64,000 nucleotides of DNA from sequence record NC_031245.1; one strand, 5' to 3'. This document shows, piece after piece, positions 18,239-27,954 of this stretch. Position 1 is the first letter of the stretch, and each line of letters starts with the position of its first letter. Below the pieces are notes generated by a model. It did not search any database and was not told the DNA's origin. It saw only the letters and a program-made list of their open reading frames with translations. The position numbers were made by a program, and so were the translations under genes.

Positions 18239-20065
18239 GTGTCTAGTGTTCTTAAGCTAAGGTCTAGCGAAGCTAGTCAAGTAGCGTCTGATTTATATAC
18301 ACACTATGCCAAATACGTAATTGAAACTCGAGCACTTTCATCAGTATTCGATGGGATGAAAGCTGTTCAACGTAGGCTAATATACGTTCTGTCACAACAA
18401 CCTGATAAGTTGACTAAGTCAGCTAACGTTGTTGGTGATGCGATCAAATATCACCCTCATGGCGATAGCAGTATCTATAGTACTCTCGTTGGGATGGGTA
18501 GTCCACTAAACAATCTTAGAATTATAGCTACAAAAGGTAATTTCGGTGGAGTTGGAATAGCTCCTGCTGCAATGAGGTACACCGAATGTAAGCTATCTAG
18601 TTTAGGTCGAAAGCTATTTACTCAGCTTATCGAATATGCGGATTACGTTGACGGAGAAACTGGTCATAAAGAGCCAGCTTACATTCCAGTACTTTTACCT
18701 CTATCACTTGTAGAAGGTAGCTCAGGAATTGGGGTAGGACTTTCTGCTTCATTATTCCCACTGAATGCTCTCGAGCTAACAAAGTACTATCTAGCTAAGC
18801 TGAAAGGTGAACCTCTAGTTATTCCTCGTCCAGACCTAGGAGAGCTTATTTTGGATCAACCTCGTGAAGAAGTTGAGGCAGTTATCCTGACTGGTAGAGG
18901 TAAGCTAAAGTTCCAAGGAGTTGTCCACCAAGAAGGTGAGATGAAGTTCTCAATTAAGAACTTACCTCCAGATGTTAAGCTAAAAGGTGTAAATAAGAAA
19001 ATGCAGAAATGGATTGATGAGGATAAAGTAGACTTCATGGACGATTCCTCTAAAACTAGGAATTACGTATACAAAGTCGTATCTAATAAAGTTGATCCTA
19101 AAGCTGTAAAGAAGAAACTTACTAGTGCGGTATCTCGTTCCAAGACTTATAACTTCGTATTCTCTGAAGATGAGAATGCTGTATACTGTGGACTCGAGTA
19201 CGTTGCGGATAAATCCCTTAACTACTTGCGTAAGTGCGTATCTAGAAAGTTCGAACATCAGTACAAGAAAGCTAAGAGACTTTACAGTGTACTTGATGCT
19301 ATCGTTCAATTGAAAAAGTCAGGTAAAGTTAAAGACTTACCTACAATGTCTCGTGATGATGTTATCGAGCTTATAGTTGGATTTGGATTCTCAGAAGGTG
19401 TAGCTAAAGAGGTACTAACTAAGTCAATTTCCTACTTGACTAAAGATCACTCGGATGAGCTTACTGAACTTGAGAATAAAATCGGCAAGTACGATAACTT
19501 CAGAAATAATCCTGACTTGTATATCATCCCATTATATGAAGAGCTTCTAGAAATCCTAGAGGAACATTATACTGACAGACCTGTGACTTATTACGGTTCT
19601 GAAAGATTAGATGATCCTAGAGCTTTCATTAATGAGAACGGTCGGGTACAAATTAGTAAGGACGAGGGAGTCAAGTGGGACTCTAAGTTATACTTCGTAG
19701 ATCATACAGGTATGACGTACCCTCGTACAGTCGACACATGGACAGAAACTGAATTACAATTCGCTGATATTACTAATCCTCTAATCGGATTAGTTCCAGA
19801 TACCGATAAGTATCTTCTGTATATCATCGAGTCCGAAGGCAAGAAGAAGCACCGACTACTCGCTGTAGAGTTGGACAAAATAGGCTACTCTCGTAATTTC
19901 GTCAAGATAGGCGAAAAGGACAAAGTAGTCAAAGTTGTCGGATGTCAAAGTGACAAAGTCAAGCTTATTACTGTGGATGGTAAAGAGGTCGAAGTCAATG
20001 TTAAGTCCAATCTCAAGTCAAGGTATGCTGTACCTAATGGAGCGGATTACCGATTCCAGATCTAA
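18239..20065 (+). CDS. Type IIA DNA topoisomerase, A subunit (GyrA/ParC-like)
   Basis: DGMKAVQRR, KSANVVGD..KYHPHGDSSIY, KGNFGG, AAMRYTE (catalytic Tyr), GIGVG. Confidence 0.93.
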   Translation: MSSVLKLRSSEASQVASDLYTHYAKYVIETRALSSVFDGMKAVQRRLIYVLSQQPDKLTKSANVVGDAIKYHPHGDSSIYSTLVGMGSPLNNLRIIATKGNFGGVGIAPAAMRYTECKLSSLGRKLFTQLIEYADYVDGETGHKEPAYIPVLLPLSLVEGSSGIGVGLSASLFPLNALELTKYYLAKLKGEPLVIPRPDLGELILDQPREEVEAVILTGRGKLKFQGVVHQEGEMKFSIKNLPPDVKLKGVNKKMQKWIDEDKVDFMDDSSKTRNYVYKVVSNKVDPKAVKKKLTSAVSRSKTYNFVFSEDENAVYCGLEYVADKSLNYLRKCVSRKFEHQYKKAKRLYSVLDAIVQLKKSGKVKDLPTMSRDDVIELIVGFGFSEGVAKEVLTKSISYLTKDHSDELTELENKIGKYDNFRNNPDLYIIPLYEELLEILEEHYTDRPVTYYGSERLDDPRAFINENGRVQISKDEGVKWDSKLYFVDHTGMTYPRTVDTWTETELQFADITNPLIGLVPDTDKYLLYIIESEGKKKHRLLAVELDKIGYSRNFVKIGEKDKVVKVVGCQSDKVKLITVDGKEVEVNVKSNLKSRYAVPNGADYRFQI

Positions 20066-20079
20066 CTCCCGATAAGGAA

Positions 20080-20673
20080 TTGTATGTGGTACTAGTTGGT
20101 AGGGAGTACGTCTCTACCAACGACATGTACCAACCGATTCCTAAAGGTAGAGGTAAGGATAAATACGGTATACCGAAAGGACGTCGACGAGCTACTCTCA
20201 GAGCGACAAATAAATTGTCTAGTTATAAAAAGTGGATATCTAAAGAGCTATCCAAATTAGTCACTCCAGAAATAGTCGAATACTTTAAGACGAGGTCAGA
20301 TCATATCCTTCATAAGAAGGGGATTCTAGGATTCGATATCGAAATACACATATCTATGCCTAAGGATAAGTTTGGTTACAAGAATGGTAAACTCAAACGT
20401 AGGGATGCCACTAATGCGATCAAAGCTACCGAAGATGGATTCTTAGAGCATATGAAACTTGAGGATTCTTACACTGGTCAGTGTAAAGTTAGAAAGTATT
20501 TTAATAATGAAGGCACATGGCAGATTGAATTCATCATGAGACCAATACCACTATGGGTAGAAAGGAAGATAATGAATGAACGGCTCATCAGACATCGTTA
20601 TCCAGGAGGTAACATCAGAACTTCAGAAGCAGGGTTTTCAAATTGGGGAGATGTTAGTCAAGAACATAATTGA
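20080..20673 (+). CDS. RusA-like Holliday junction resolvase
   Basis: RRDATNAIKATEDG matches the RusA DxDNxxKxxxD motif. Confidence 0.6.
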   Translation: MYVVLVGREYVSTNDMYQPIPKGRGKDKYGIPKGRRRATLRATNKLSSYKKWISKELSKLVTPEIVEYFKTRSDHILHKKGILGFDIEIHISMPKDKFGYKNGKLKRRDATNAIKATEDGFLEHMKLEDSYTGQCKVRKYFNNEGTWQIEFIMRPIPLWVERKIMNERLIRHRYPGGNIRTSEAGFSNWGDVSQEHN

Positions 20674-20899
20674 TGTTCATAGCAGGAAGCAATTAGATAG
20701 ACTTGAGAAGGGTGATCCAGTTGAAGTACCAGGAGTTGGATTCCTAGTCCCAAGTTATCGTAAAGTAGCTCCTACTCCTGACAAGCGTGGCTATACAATC
20801 AAATTCAAAGTTGATCTTAATGCTAAGCTGAAAACTGAACTAGGTAAGAAATTAGAAACTAATGAGGAATTTAGAAGAAAGTTGGATATGAACAAGTGA
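20576..20899 (+). CDS. HU/IHF-like DNA-binding protein
   Basis: GDPVEVPGVGFLVPSYRK...IKFKV..KLK matches the HU beta-arm pattern. Confidence 0.6.
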   Translation: MNGSSDIVIQEVTSELQKQGFQIGEMLVKNIIDVHSRKQLDRLEKGDPVEVPGVGFLVPSYRKVAPTPDKRGYTIKFKVDLNAKLKTELGKKLETNEEFRRKLDMNK

Positions 20900-21357
20900 G
20901 AGACGATCGTAATCCATTTGGTCCAGTAAAAAGTCTCAATCAGTCTTCTAGTAAGATTGATCCGTTTGAAGGGCTAGTCCCTGAGAAGGGTAAAGGACAA
21001 CTTTCATCAGCAATCGAACCTTTCAATCCTATGATGAGGGAACACCAACTCTTCGATTCTCTAAATAGATTAACGCATGCTATCCACAACGTCTCCGATA
21101 GACTGGATGAACTAGCAAAAGAGAAAGAGCCTGATACAATTGCAGGACTACTTTCTGAGGATACTAAGGAATTGATCTGGCAACATATGGAAAATCAGGT
21201 CAATAAGCTAACAGAAGTAAACTATATACGTATGAGTAATATAATCTCTCGCACAATAGAAGAATTCTGTAAGTCTAGTGATGATGCATACAACTTGAGC
21301 TTAGCTTGCTACGTACATATACTAGCAGTAAGTCTCTACAGCGATAGACAACAATGA
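20896..21357 (+). CDS. Hypothetical protein
   Basis: GTGA overlap with the upstream gene; 153 aa. Confidence 0.65.
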   Translation: MRDDRNPFGPVKSLNQSSSKIDPFEGLVPEKGKGQLSSAIEPFNPMMREHQLFDSLNRLTHAIHNVSDRLDELAKEKEPDTIAGLLSEDTKELIWQHMENQVNKLTEVNYIRMSNIISRTIEEFCKSSDDAYNLSLACYVHILAVSLYSDRQQ

Positions 21358-21370
21358 GGGGGCATCTAGA

Positions 21371-22441
21371 ATGCAGGACTTCTTATCATCCAATGACATC
21401 AATTCCCAGTTACGATTCGTAGCTGGAAAACTACTACAATGGACTGAGCCTGAATCAATTAAGGACTTAGTCAACGAGAAGTACTACACTATTAGGAAAG
21501 AATCGATTAAACCAGTACATAAACTGGTAAAATTCCTAAAACCTGCAGCATCGAAAGAATTATTTAAGTTGGATCCAGAAGTATGGAGACATCTTCGGGA
21601 TAAGAAAATGAAAGACCCTACGACTCTAACAAATTGGGAGAATGCCCAATTTGTGGTAGTTGATAAAGAGGTTATCACAATTGTAGCGGAGGAAAGCGAT
21701 ATAGCTACTTCTCAGTTCCTAAACTCTCTAAGTGAGCTCGATAAGAATACTTATTCTGTAATGTACAATTACAACGACAAGAGATTCGAAGCTGTAGCCT
21801 ATAATAAGACTAAAGTTGAGAACAATGTTGTTGATGGAATTATTATAGACCTATCTATTCCTAAGCGTGATCTCAAAGTATGGGAAGTCCAGATCAATTT
21901 TGATGAATACGGTAGGTTCAGTAAACTATTGCCTGTACCTAACACTGTAGTCAAAGGTAGTCTCGATTCTGATTTATTTGAGAAAATCGGAGGTATCGAA
22001 AGACTAATCGACTCAGCGGACGCTACGGGACTAGTCAAATATATCTTAGACGACCTAGATATTAATCTATCGGTATCTGAAGCTTTTAAGTACCTTAAGA
22101 TTGCTGGACTAAATATCAAAGGTAAGGATGTACCGACAGAACTTAGTGCATTAAAGTTTGCAGTGCAGAATACTCATCTATCTCGATTCCTAGAGAAACT
22201 GGATGAAGCTAACCTCCAATATTCTCAGATTAAGAGAATGTACCCTGTAGCTCAGACTACTACATTTACTCTGACCACTTTCAGTGATATATTTGAAATG
22301 TTGACTCAGATAAATGATCATGTAGAAGGCACTAAAGTTAGGTTAGCTAAATTGCCTGACCTAATGGCTTATGTATCCTCCAACAAGATCCACAAGAAGC
22401 AATTAGATCAAGCTAACAACGCAATGATACAGGCTGACTGA
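21371..22441 (+). CDS. Hypothetical protein
   Basis: 356-aa ORF with RBS, followed by a terminator. Confidence 0.75.
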   Translation: MQDFLSSNDINSQLRFVAGKLLQWTEPESIKDLVNEKYYTIRKESIKPVHKLVKFLKPAASKELFKLDPEVWRHLRDKKMKDPTTLTNWENAQFVVVDKEVITIVAEESDIATSQFLNSLSELDKNTYSVMYNYNDKRFEAVAYNKTKVENNVVDGIIIDLSIPKRDLKVWEVQINFDEYGRFSKLLPVPNTVVKGSLDSDLFEKIGGIERLIDSADATGLVKYILDDLDINLSVSEAFKYLKIAGLNIKGKDVPTELSALKFAVQNTHLSRFLEKLDEANLQYSQIKRMYPVAQTTTFTLTTFSDIFEMLTQINDHVEGTKVRLAKLPDLMAYVSSNKIHKKQLDQANNAMIQAD

Positions 22442-22445
22442 TATA

Positions 22446-22472
22446 GTGGGAGACATTTAGTCTCCCATTTTT
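22446..22472 (+). terminator. Intrinsic terminator
   Basis: GTGGGAGAC/GTCTCCCAT stem plus T tract. Confidence 0.8.
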
Positions 22473-22497
22473 ATTTTGTTAATTTAAAAATAAGTCC

Positions 22498-22526
22498 GCT
22501 CTAATCAAGGTGCTTACACGTCTATA
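22498..22526 (+). promoter_or_regulatory. Phage promoter motif GCT-N17-ACGTCTATA
   Basis: Exact motif and spacing. Confidence 0.75.
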
Positions 22527-22593
22527 GTTGTGAAGGTTGGTTCCTTCTTGGTTGGTTACCAAATTCTTAATTAAAACTTGGAGGTAATTTGAT

Positions 22594-23145
22594 ATGTCTG
22601 AAACTGCTATGAAAATTCAAACTTTTAATGAGGAACGTGATGTTGAAAAGCGTATTTCGGAGGTAATGGCTGCTGCTCAAGCACAAATGGATCTTGCCAA
22701 TGCTTCTAAAGAAAGTAAGAAAGCTGCAAAGAAGGACAAGTCGTACTACGTGGTTCCTGCTTTGATAGAAGTTCTTGCTCGAATGATCGCTCTTGATAAC
22801 AAAACGGTCACTACAACGGAGGTCAAGCCAGTAACTCGGTTGTTAAAAGTTAATCGATACATAGCTCCTTGGGAGTTGAAATACTTCAAAGCTGACACAG
22901 TTATGCTTGAAGGATTGTACATGGCGGTGGAAGGGTATCTGTTGCCTACTGACCTAGTTCGTGAAGCTTGGGATCTTAAGAAGAACAAGTACCCTGATCC
23001 TGAAAAGTACGGACTTCCTTCAACTGATGAAGTACAGTACGGAACGATGAAAGAAATTTCAGTCGGTACATGCTTCGTGGTTAAGAAAGGTTGGATTACC
23101 AAGTATATCAACCGTCCGAACCATTGGAAATATGCATACCTGTGA
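22594..23145 (+). CDS. Hypothetical protein
   Basis: GGAGG RBS; monocistronic promoter-gene-terminator unit. Confidence 0.75.
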   Translation: MSETAMKIQTFNEERDVEKRISEVMAAAQAQMDLANASKESKKAAKKDKSYYVVPALIEVLARMIALDNKTVTTTEVKPVTRLLKVNRYIAPWELKYFKADTVMLEGLYMAVEGYLLPTDLVREAWDLKKNKYPDPEKYGLPSTDEVQYGTMKEISVGTCFVVKKGWITKYINRPNHWKYAYL

Positions 23146-23163
23146 TTTACAGTTAGTCACTCG

Positions 23164-23198
23164 TAGGGTAGTCCATTTCGGACTACCCTATCTTTTTT
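23164..23198 (+). terminator. Intrinsic terminator
   Basis: TAGGGTAGTCC/GGACTACCCTA stem plus T tract. Confidence 0.85.
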
Positions 23199-23224
23199 AA
23201 TCTACATTAGGTAGGTGAGTCAGA

Positions 23225-24793
23225 CTGGAAACAATACGTAAGATTCGGATTGAGGTTTATAACAACTATGCAAAAGTCAGCAAAGATGATGACTACTCGT
23301 TTTCAGTCGCTAGCTCCTATTACTCGTTACCTAAGGACATTCGTAAGAAAGTCTATGGTCAATGGGTCACGAGAAAGGAGATATTCAGACTTTACGAAAT
23401 CAACAAGAATGGGGACATTATACTCCCTAGAGGTCTAGTCGAACTAGTTAATCCACAATACGTTGATATCGTTTCTAAGGAAATAGTCACCTTAGACAAG
23501 ACTGACTTAAATGACATTAGCGACGAACTGATAGCTAAGATTCTCCAACCTGAATCTGGATTCGACTTAAGGTCGGATCAAATTACAGCTATTAGGAAAG
23601 CTTATTTAATCAAACGAGGTATTCTTCAATTAGCTACTGGTGCTGGAAAAACTGAGATTATGGCTGGATTAATGAAACTGTTATACTCTATCTACGGATT
23701 CTATCCTAAGACTCTCATAATCGAGCCTACGCTTCATTTAGTTAAGGATACGGTTAAGAGATTGAAGAAGTATAACATTCCAGCTTCAGCTTATACTTCC
23801 CATAGGGATATCAATAACTCAGAAGTAATCCTGACGCATCCTGTATCTCTAGGTAATGACGTTGAGAAAAATCCTGATTTATTAAATGGTATCCAAGTAA
23901 TACTGTATGACGAAGGTCATCACCTTAGAGCTGATACTTGGTTCGCATTGATGAAGAGCCTGACTAGGGTTGAGTACTCGATAGCTCTATCTGCATCCAT
24001 AGTCAGTCCTGATAAGGTAGGATGCCTAGATCTCAAACAGTACACAATAGGTGAGGCATTAGCGGTAGGGGGATCAGGTCGACTTCTATTAAGTATACCA
24101 CCTTCCTATTATATTAGGAAAGGAATCCTAGCTACTCCAGTTGTATTTCAGCTTCATAATCCTGCTAATGAACCTTGTGAAGATGAAACTAAGTGGCATC
24201 AAAAAGTCAAGTACAGATTAGAGTCTCCAACACGTAGTGGATTAGCTTCACGTACGGCTGGATTCATGGCATCTCTAGGTCGAAAGTCACTCATATTTGT
24301 ATCGACCAAAACTCATGCTAAGAGGTTGATGGAAGTAATGACTAATATGGGATTTGACTGTAGGTGCTCATTTGGAGGAGGAGTTTACTTAAAGTGGGAT
24401 CCAGTAAGTAATAAATCTGTTAATGTAACAGAGTCAGAAGATAGTATGGAGAAGTTTAAGTCAGGTGAGTTCAAAATCCTTATAGCCACAAGCCACTTGC
24501 TTGAAGGAGCAGACGTACCTAACTTAGACTGTATCATCATCCTAGATGGTGGTAAGAAACTACGTAAGATGATTCAAGAGGTAGGTAGGGGTATTCGTAA
24601 AACTAAAACTGGTAAGTACGCATACTTAATAGACTTCTCAGATCATGATGACAATGTGCTGAATCGGCACGCTCAGGAACGTCTATACTTGTACAGGGAG
24701 CTCATCCAAGTACCTGATGAATTAATCTATACTGGAGTTTCATTCCCATACTTAAAGAAGATATTCTTAGAATTGGAAGGCATAGAATTATAG
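23225..24793 (+). CDS. SF2 DEAH-type DNA helicase (UvsW-like), non-canonical CTG start
   Basis: Frame of ORF 23660 is open back to TGA at 23216-23218 and includes LRSDQ (Q motif) and ATGAGKT (Walker A); DEGH, ATSHLLEGADVP, QEVGRGIR; AGGTGA RBS 6 nt before CTG. Confidence 0.8.
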   Translation: METIRKIRIEVYNNYAKVSKDDDYSFSVASSYYSLPKDIRKKVYGQWVTRKEIFRLYEINKNGDIILPRGLVELVNPQYVDIVSKEIVTLDKTDLNDISDELIAKILQPESGFDLRSDQITAIRKAYLIKRGILQLATGAGKTEIMAGLMKLLYSIYGFYPKTLIIEPTLHLVKDTVKRLKKYNIPASAYTSHRDINNSEVILTHPVSLGNDVEKNPDLLNGIQVILYDEGHHLRADTWFALMKSLTRVEYSIALSASIVSPDKVGCLDLKQYTIGEALAVGGSGRLLLSIPPSYYIRKGILATPVVFQLHNPANEPCEDETKWHQKVKYRLESPTRSGLASRTAGFMASLGRKSLIFVSTKTHAKRLMEVMTNMGFDCRCSFGGGVYLKWDPVSNKSVNVTESEDSMEKFKSGEFKILIATSHLLEGADVPNLDCIIILDGGKKLRKMIQEVGRGIRKTKTGKYAYLIDFSDHDDNVLNRHAQERLYLYRELIQVPDELIYTGVSFPYLKKIFLELEGIEL

Positions 24794-24815
24794 TCGCATC
24801 GAGGAGGATACATCA

Positions 24816-26147
24816 ATGGCTTTACAAACGAGTGCAGAACTACAAGAGGTCGTACTAGCATCACTGATTAAGGACTCGTATCTATTATCTTCAGTTAAAT
24901 CACAAATTACAGAACAGTATTTTACAGGAGCCAACTTCAGACTTATTTACAAAGCTCTAAAAATATATCATGATAGGTACTCAAGCCTTCCTGATTTACG
25001 TTCACTGATAGTAACGATTCAAGAGTTGTATAATGAAACATTCGGTACATTGAATGAGATCCAAGAGAAAGCAGTAAGTTTATTCAATGCTCAACAAATG
25101 GATGATAACTTCGTAATGGATAGGCTCACGACATTTGTTAAACGTAATAAAGTTGAGAATGCATTAAAAAATATAATGCCTCTACTTAAGGATGGCAAGG
25201 ACTTCGGTATCGAGAAAGCAGCTGATGCCTTACTTGAATCCTTAACTGTTAACTTTACGAAGAGTACTGTTTTTACATTAGGCAATCTGGATCAACTTTC
25301 AGAAATCAGAGCTTCAGCAATTGGTGATGAAGATAAACCTATGATCATTCGGTCATGCCTAGAGCCAGTTAATCAGGCACTCCAATTTAAAGGATTCAAA
25401 CCAGGTGACCTAGTAATGGTAGTAGCTGCTCCAGGTGTAGGTAAAACAAGTTACCTTACTAATGAAGGAGCAAATGCTGCAAGACAAGGTTATAATGTAC
25501 TGAATATCTACCTAGGAGATATGACAGAGTATGACGGATTCGTACGTTATACTTCATGTTTGTCAGGAATCCCTCAGGATGAGATAGCTTTAATGTCAGT
25601 CGAGGATCAGAAGCAGGTAGTAATGCAAGCTAATATGGCTTCAAATGGAGCATTCGGTCGTATCTCATTACTGTCTTATGCTGCTCACGAGTTAACAATC
25701 GATCAAATGATTGAGAATGTGTACAAAGCTCAGGATAGATTCAATACACACTTCGATATGATTATTGTTGACTATGCGGATAACTTAATCCGTGAGTCGA
25801 GTATGATGTATGAGTCTGGAGGTATTATGTACAACAAGTTGTCCTTATTAATGAGGACTAATCGTTCAGTAGGATTAGTTGCATCTCAACCTAAGGTATC
25901 TTATTGGAACAAGGAGATTATTCCGAAGGAAGGTGCTGCAGAATCTTCTCAGAAACAGCACGTTATCGACTTAATGTTGACATTCGGTAAACCTTCAGCT
26001 GATGCGAATATCGGTACGATATTCATGCCTAAAGTACGTCGTGGTCAAGCAGGTAAGTTAGTAAGAGTAGAGACTCAATGGGAACGATGTTACTTGAGAT
26101 CTATATCTGAACCTGATTACATAAAGGCTAAAGCTCAGTACGTATAA
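24816..26147 (+). CDS. Replicative DNA helicase, DnaB-like
   Basis: AAPGVGKTS Walker A, IIVDYAD Walker B, VASQ, SSQKQHVIDLML. Confidence 0.85.
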   Translation: MALQTSAELQEVVLASLIKDSYLLSSVKSQITEQYFTGANFRLIYKALKIYHDRYSSLPDLRSLIVTIQELYNETFGTLNEIQEKAVSLFNAQQMDDNFVMDRLTTFVKRNKVENALKNIMPLLKDGKDFGIEKAADALLESLTVNFTKSTVFTLGNLDQLSEIRASAIGDEDKPMIIRSCLEPVNQALQFKGFKPGDLVMVVAAPGVGKTSYLTNEGANAARQGYNVLNIYLGDMTEYDGFVRYTSCLSGIPQDEIALMSVEDQKQVVMQANMASNGAFGRISLLSYAAHELTIDQMIENVYKAQDRFNTHFDMIIVDYADNLIRESSMMYESGGIMYNKLSLLMRTNRSVGLVASQPKVSYWNKEIIPKEGAAESSQKQHVIDLMLTFGKPSADANIGTIFMPKVRRGQAGKLVRVETQWERCYLRSISEPDYIKAKAQYV

Positions 26148-26150
26148 GAT

Positions 26151-26176
26151 AGGAGGACTAAAAGTCCTCCTTTATT
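26151..26176 (+). terminator. Intrinsic terminator
   Basis: AGGAGGACT/AGTCCTCCT stem plus TTATT. Confidence 0.65.
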
Positions 26177-26209
26177 AATTTGAGGTACTAGATACTCTCA
26201 ATAAAGTTG

Positions 26210-26238
26210 GCTCGATTGGAGCTTTTGGGACGTCTATA
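26210..26238 (+). promoter_or_regulatory. Phage promoter motif GCT-N17-ACGTCTATA
   Basis: Exact motif and spacing. Confidence 0.75.
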
Positions 26239-26323
26239 CTTGTGAGTTCGGTTGAAAGTTGACTTCTTACATTTTATAACACAAAGTTAACTTCTTAGAC
26301 ATACACATCAGGAGGAATTAATC

Positions 26324-26986
26324 ATGGGAGAATTCGTTAATCAAATTACTAGTCCGCAAATGCGTATGGATCAGGTGAGTCGCTATTCAGGTACTCGTCA
26401 AGCAGATCCAGAAAGCGTTGCAATCCACGTTACAGACGTATCAATTATGGGATATTCTTTAATCCTACGTCTTAACTCACAATACGGTGAGGATATTAAC
26501 GTTGGGGAGTTCTTAGAGAAAACTATAGTTCACGACATCGACGAAGTACTAACAGGTGATGTTCCTCGGAGTACGAAGTATTACAACACAACAATTCTTA
26601 ATGAACTGAGAGCTGTAGCAGATACTGCTATGAAGCACTTATCAACCAAATGCTTTGCTAGCGATAGAGTTTACACTGTTTGGGATGAATCCAAGCAAGG
26701 TAAAGCAGGTATCATCGTTAAATTGGCTGATATGTTATCAGTTGCTAAGAAGACAATGATCGAAATCGAAATGTTGGGTAACAACTACTTCCTTAAAGTT
26801 GCATATGAAGTACGTCAATATCTAGCTGAGTTAGTAGATTACTTAAATGAAAAGTCTCCATACAATGAAGAAGCAACCCAATATCTTATTACGATTCTTC
26901 AAGATGCAGAGTCCGAAGTAAATCGTCTCTGGACAGATCGTAAGGATATTGCTGAGCGTTACGGATTGCTGAACAATGTCTGGTAA
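26324..26986 (+). CDS. HD-domain 5'-deoxynucleotidase/dNTPase (YfbR-like)
   Basis: RM.QVSRY..ESVAIH, HDIDEVLTGDVP, KLADML. Confidence 0.8.
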   Translation: MGEFVNQITSPQMRMDQVSRYSGTRQADPESVAIHVTDVSIMGYSLILRLNSQYGEDINVGEFLEKTIVHDIDEVLTGDVPRSTKYYNTTILNELRAVADTAMKHLSTKCFASDRVYTVWDESKQGKAGIIVKLADMLSVAKKTMIEIEMLGNNYFLKVAYEVRQYLAELVDYLNEKSPYNEEATQYLITILQDAESEVNRLWTDRKDIAERYGLLNNVW

Positions 26987-27935
26987 GATTGAAGCCAATA
27001 AGAGAATAATAATCTCTGTATTTGGTGAGACTAAGTCTACTGCTCGTGCTGGTCTTGAATTACTTTACGATTGTCCTTTCTGTGAAGAGCGTAGAGGTAA
27101 GGCTGATAAAGACAAGAAACTCTATGTGAATGCTAAGACAATGAAGTATTGGTGCTTCAAGTGTGAAGCTAAAGGTAGCTTAGGGATGGATAAGTTTACT
27201 CGTTCAATCTTAGGAGAAGGTAACTCTGATGTTTATAAAGAGTTATTTGAATGGGAAAGACAATCCAGAGGTCAGAAAACTGAAGAAGAGGATGAAGGTG
27301 ATAACACATTCTTCATTCCTCATCAGAAGTTGAAACCTGGTACTTTACCTTACGATTATATGACAAGAGTTCGAGGAATAAGTCCTGAAGATATTGTCTA
27401 TTATGATATGCGTGAGGGCGACTTATTCAATCCTCGTCATTTTGGTAGGGTAGTAATACCAAATCGAGTCATTAATAATGTATTTACTGATATGTACGTA
27501 GGTCGGGGCTATTTAGGTCAAGAGCTACGTTACTCTAATCCTCCAGATAGTGCTCGTCGTCTTATAGTGTTCAACTTACATAGAATACCTAAAGGTGAGC
27601 CGATAACTATTGCAGAAGGTACTATTTCAGCTATCTTCACTGGACGTAACGGAGTCTGTACATACGGTAAGTACGTAACATCTCAACAAATGAAATCGAT
27701 ACTTGATAATAAACCTAGTGCTTTAAATATAGCACTAGATCCAGATGCTCAAGAGCAAGCTGTTAAGTTATGTTCTCAATTAGTATCGATTACTGACATA
27801 CCTATAAATCTAGTTCAGATGCCTGAGGAAACTGATCCAGCTGATCTAGGGTATGAAGGATTTCAAGAATATCTTAAATCTGCTCATCGCTACAAGTCAA
27901 AGTTATACTTTGATTTGATGAATATATTTAAATAA
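26976..27935 (+). CDS. DNA primase (Zn-binding domain + Toprim)
   Basis: CPFC...YWCFKC Zn finger; GRVVIP; AEGTISA; ALDPDA; DPADLG. Confidence 0.85.
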   Translation: MSGKIEANKRIIISVFGETKSTARAGLELLYDCPFCEERRGKADKDKKLYVNAKTMKYWCFKCEAKGSLGMDKFTRSILGEGNSDVYKELFEWERQSRGQKTEEEDEGDNTFFIPHQKLKPGTLPYDYMTRVRGISPEDIVYYDMREGDLFNPRHFGRVVIPNRVINNVFTDMYVGRGYLGQELRYSNPPDSARRLIVFNLHRIPKGEPITIAEGTISAIFTGRNGVCTYGKYVTSQQMKSILDNKPSALNIALDPDAQEQAVKLCSQLVSITDIPINLVQMPEETDPADLGYEGFQEYLKSAHRYKSKLYFDLMNIFK

Positions 27936-27954
27936 CATCTAGGAGGAAACATCA

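Noticed and set aside
23250-23438. 62-aa ORF, or an intron/frameshift in the helicase 5' region
   Set aside because: The helicase frame is continuous through this region; the ORF is an off-frame shadow
26324-26986. DatZ and a 2-aminoadenine (Z) genome
   Set aside because: No PurZ or MazZ recognisable in the window; an HD fold alone is not diagnostic
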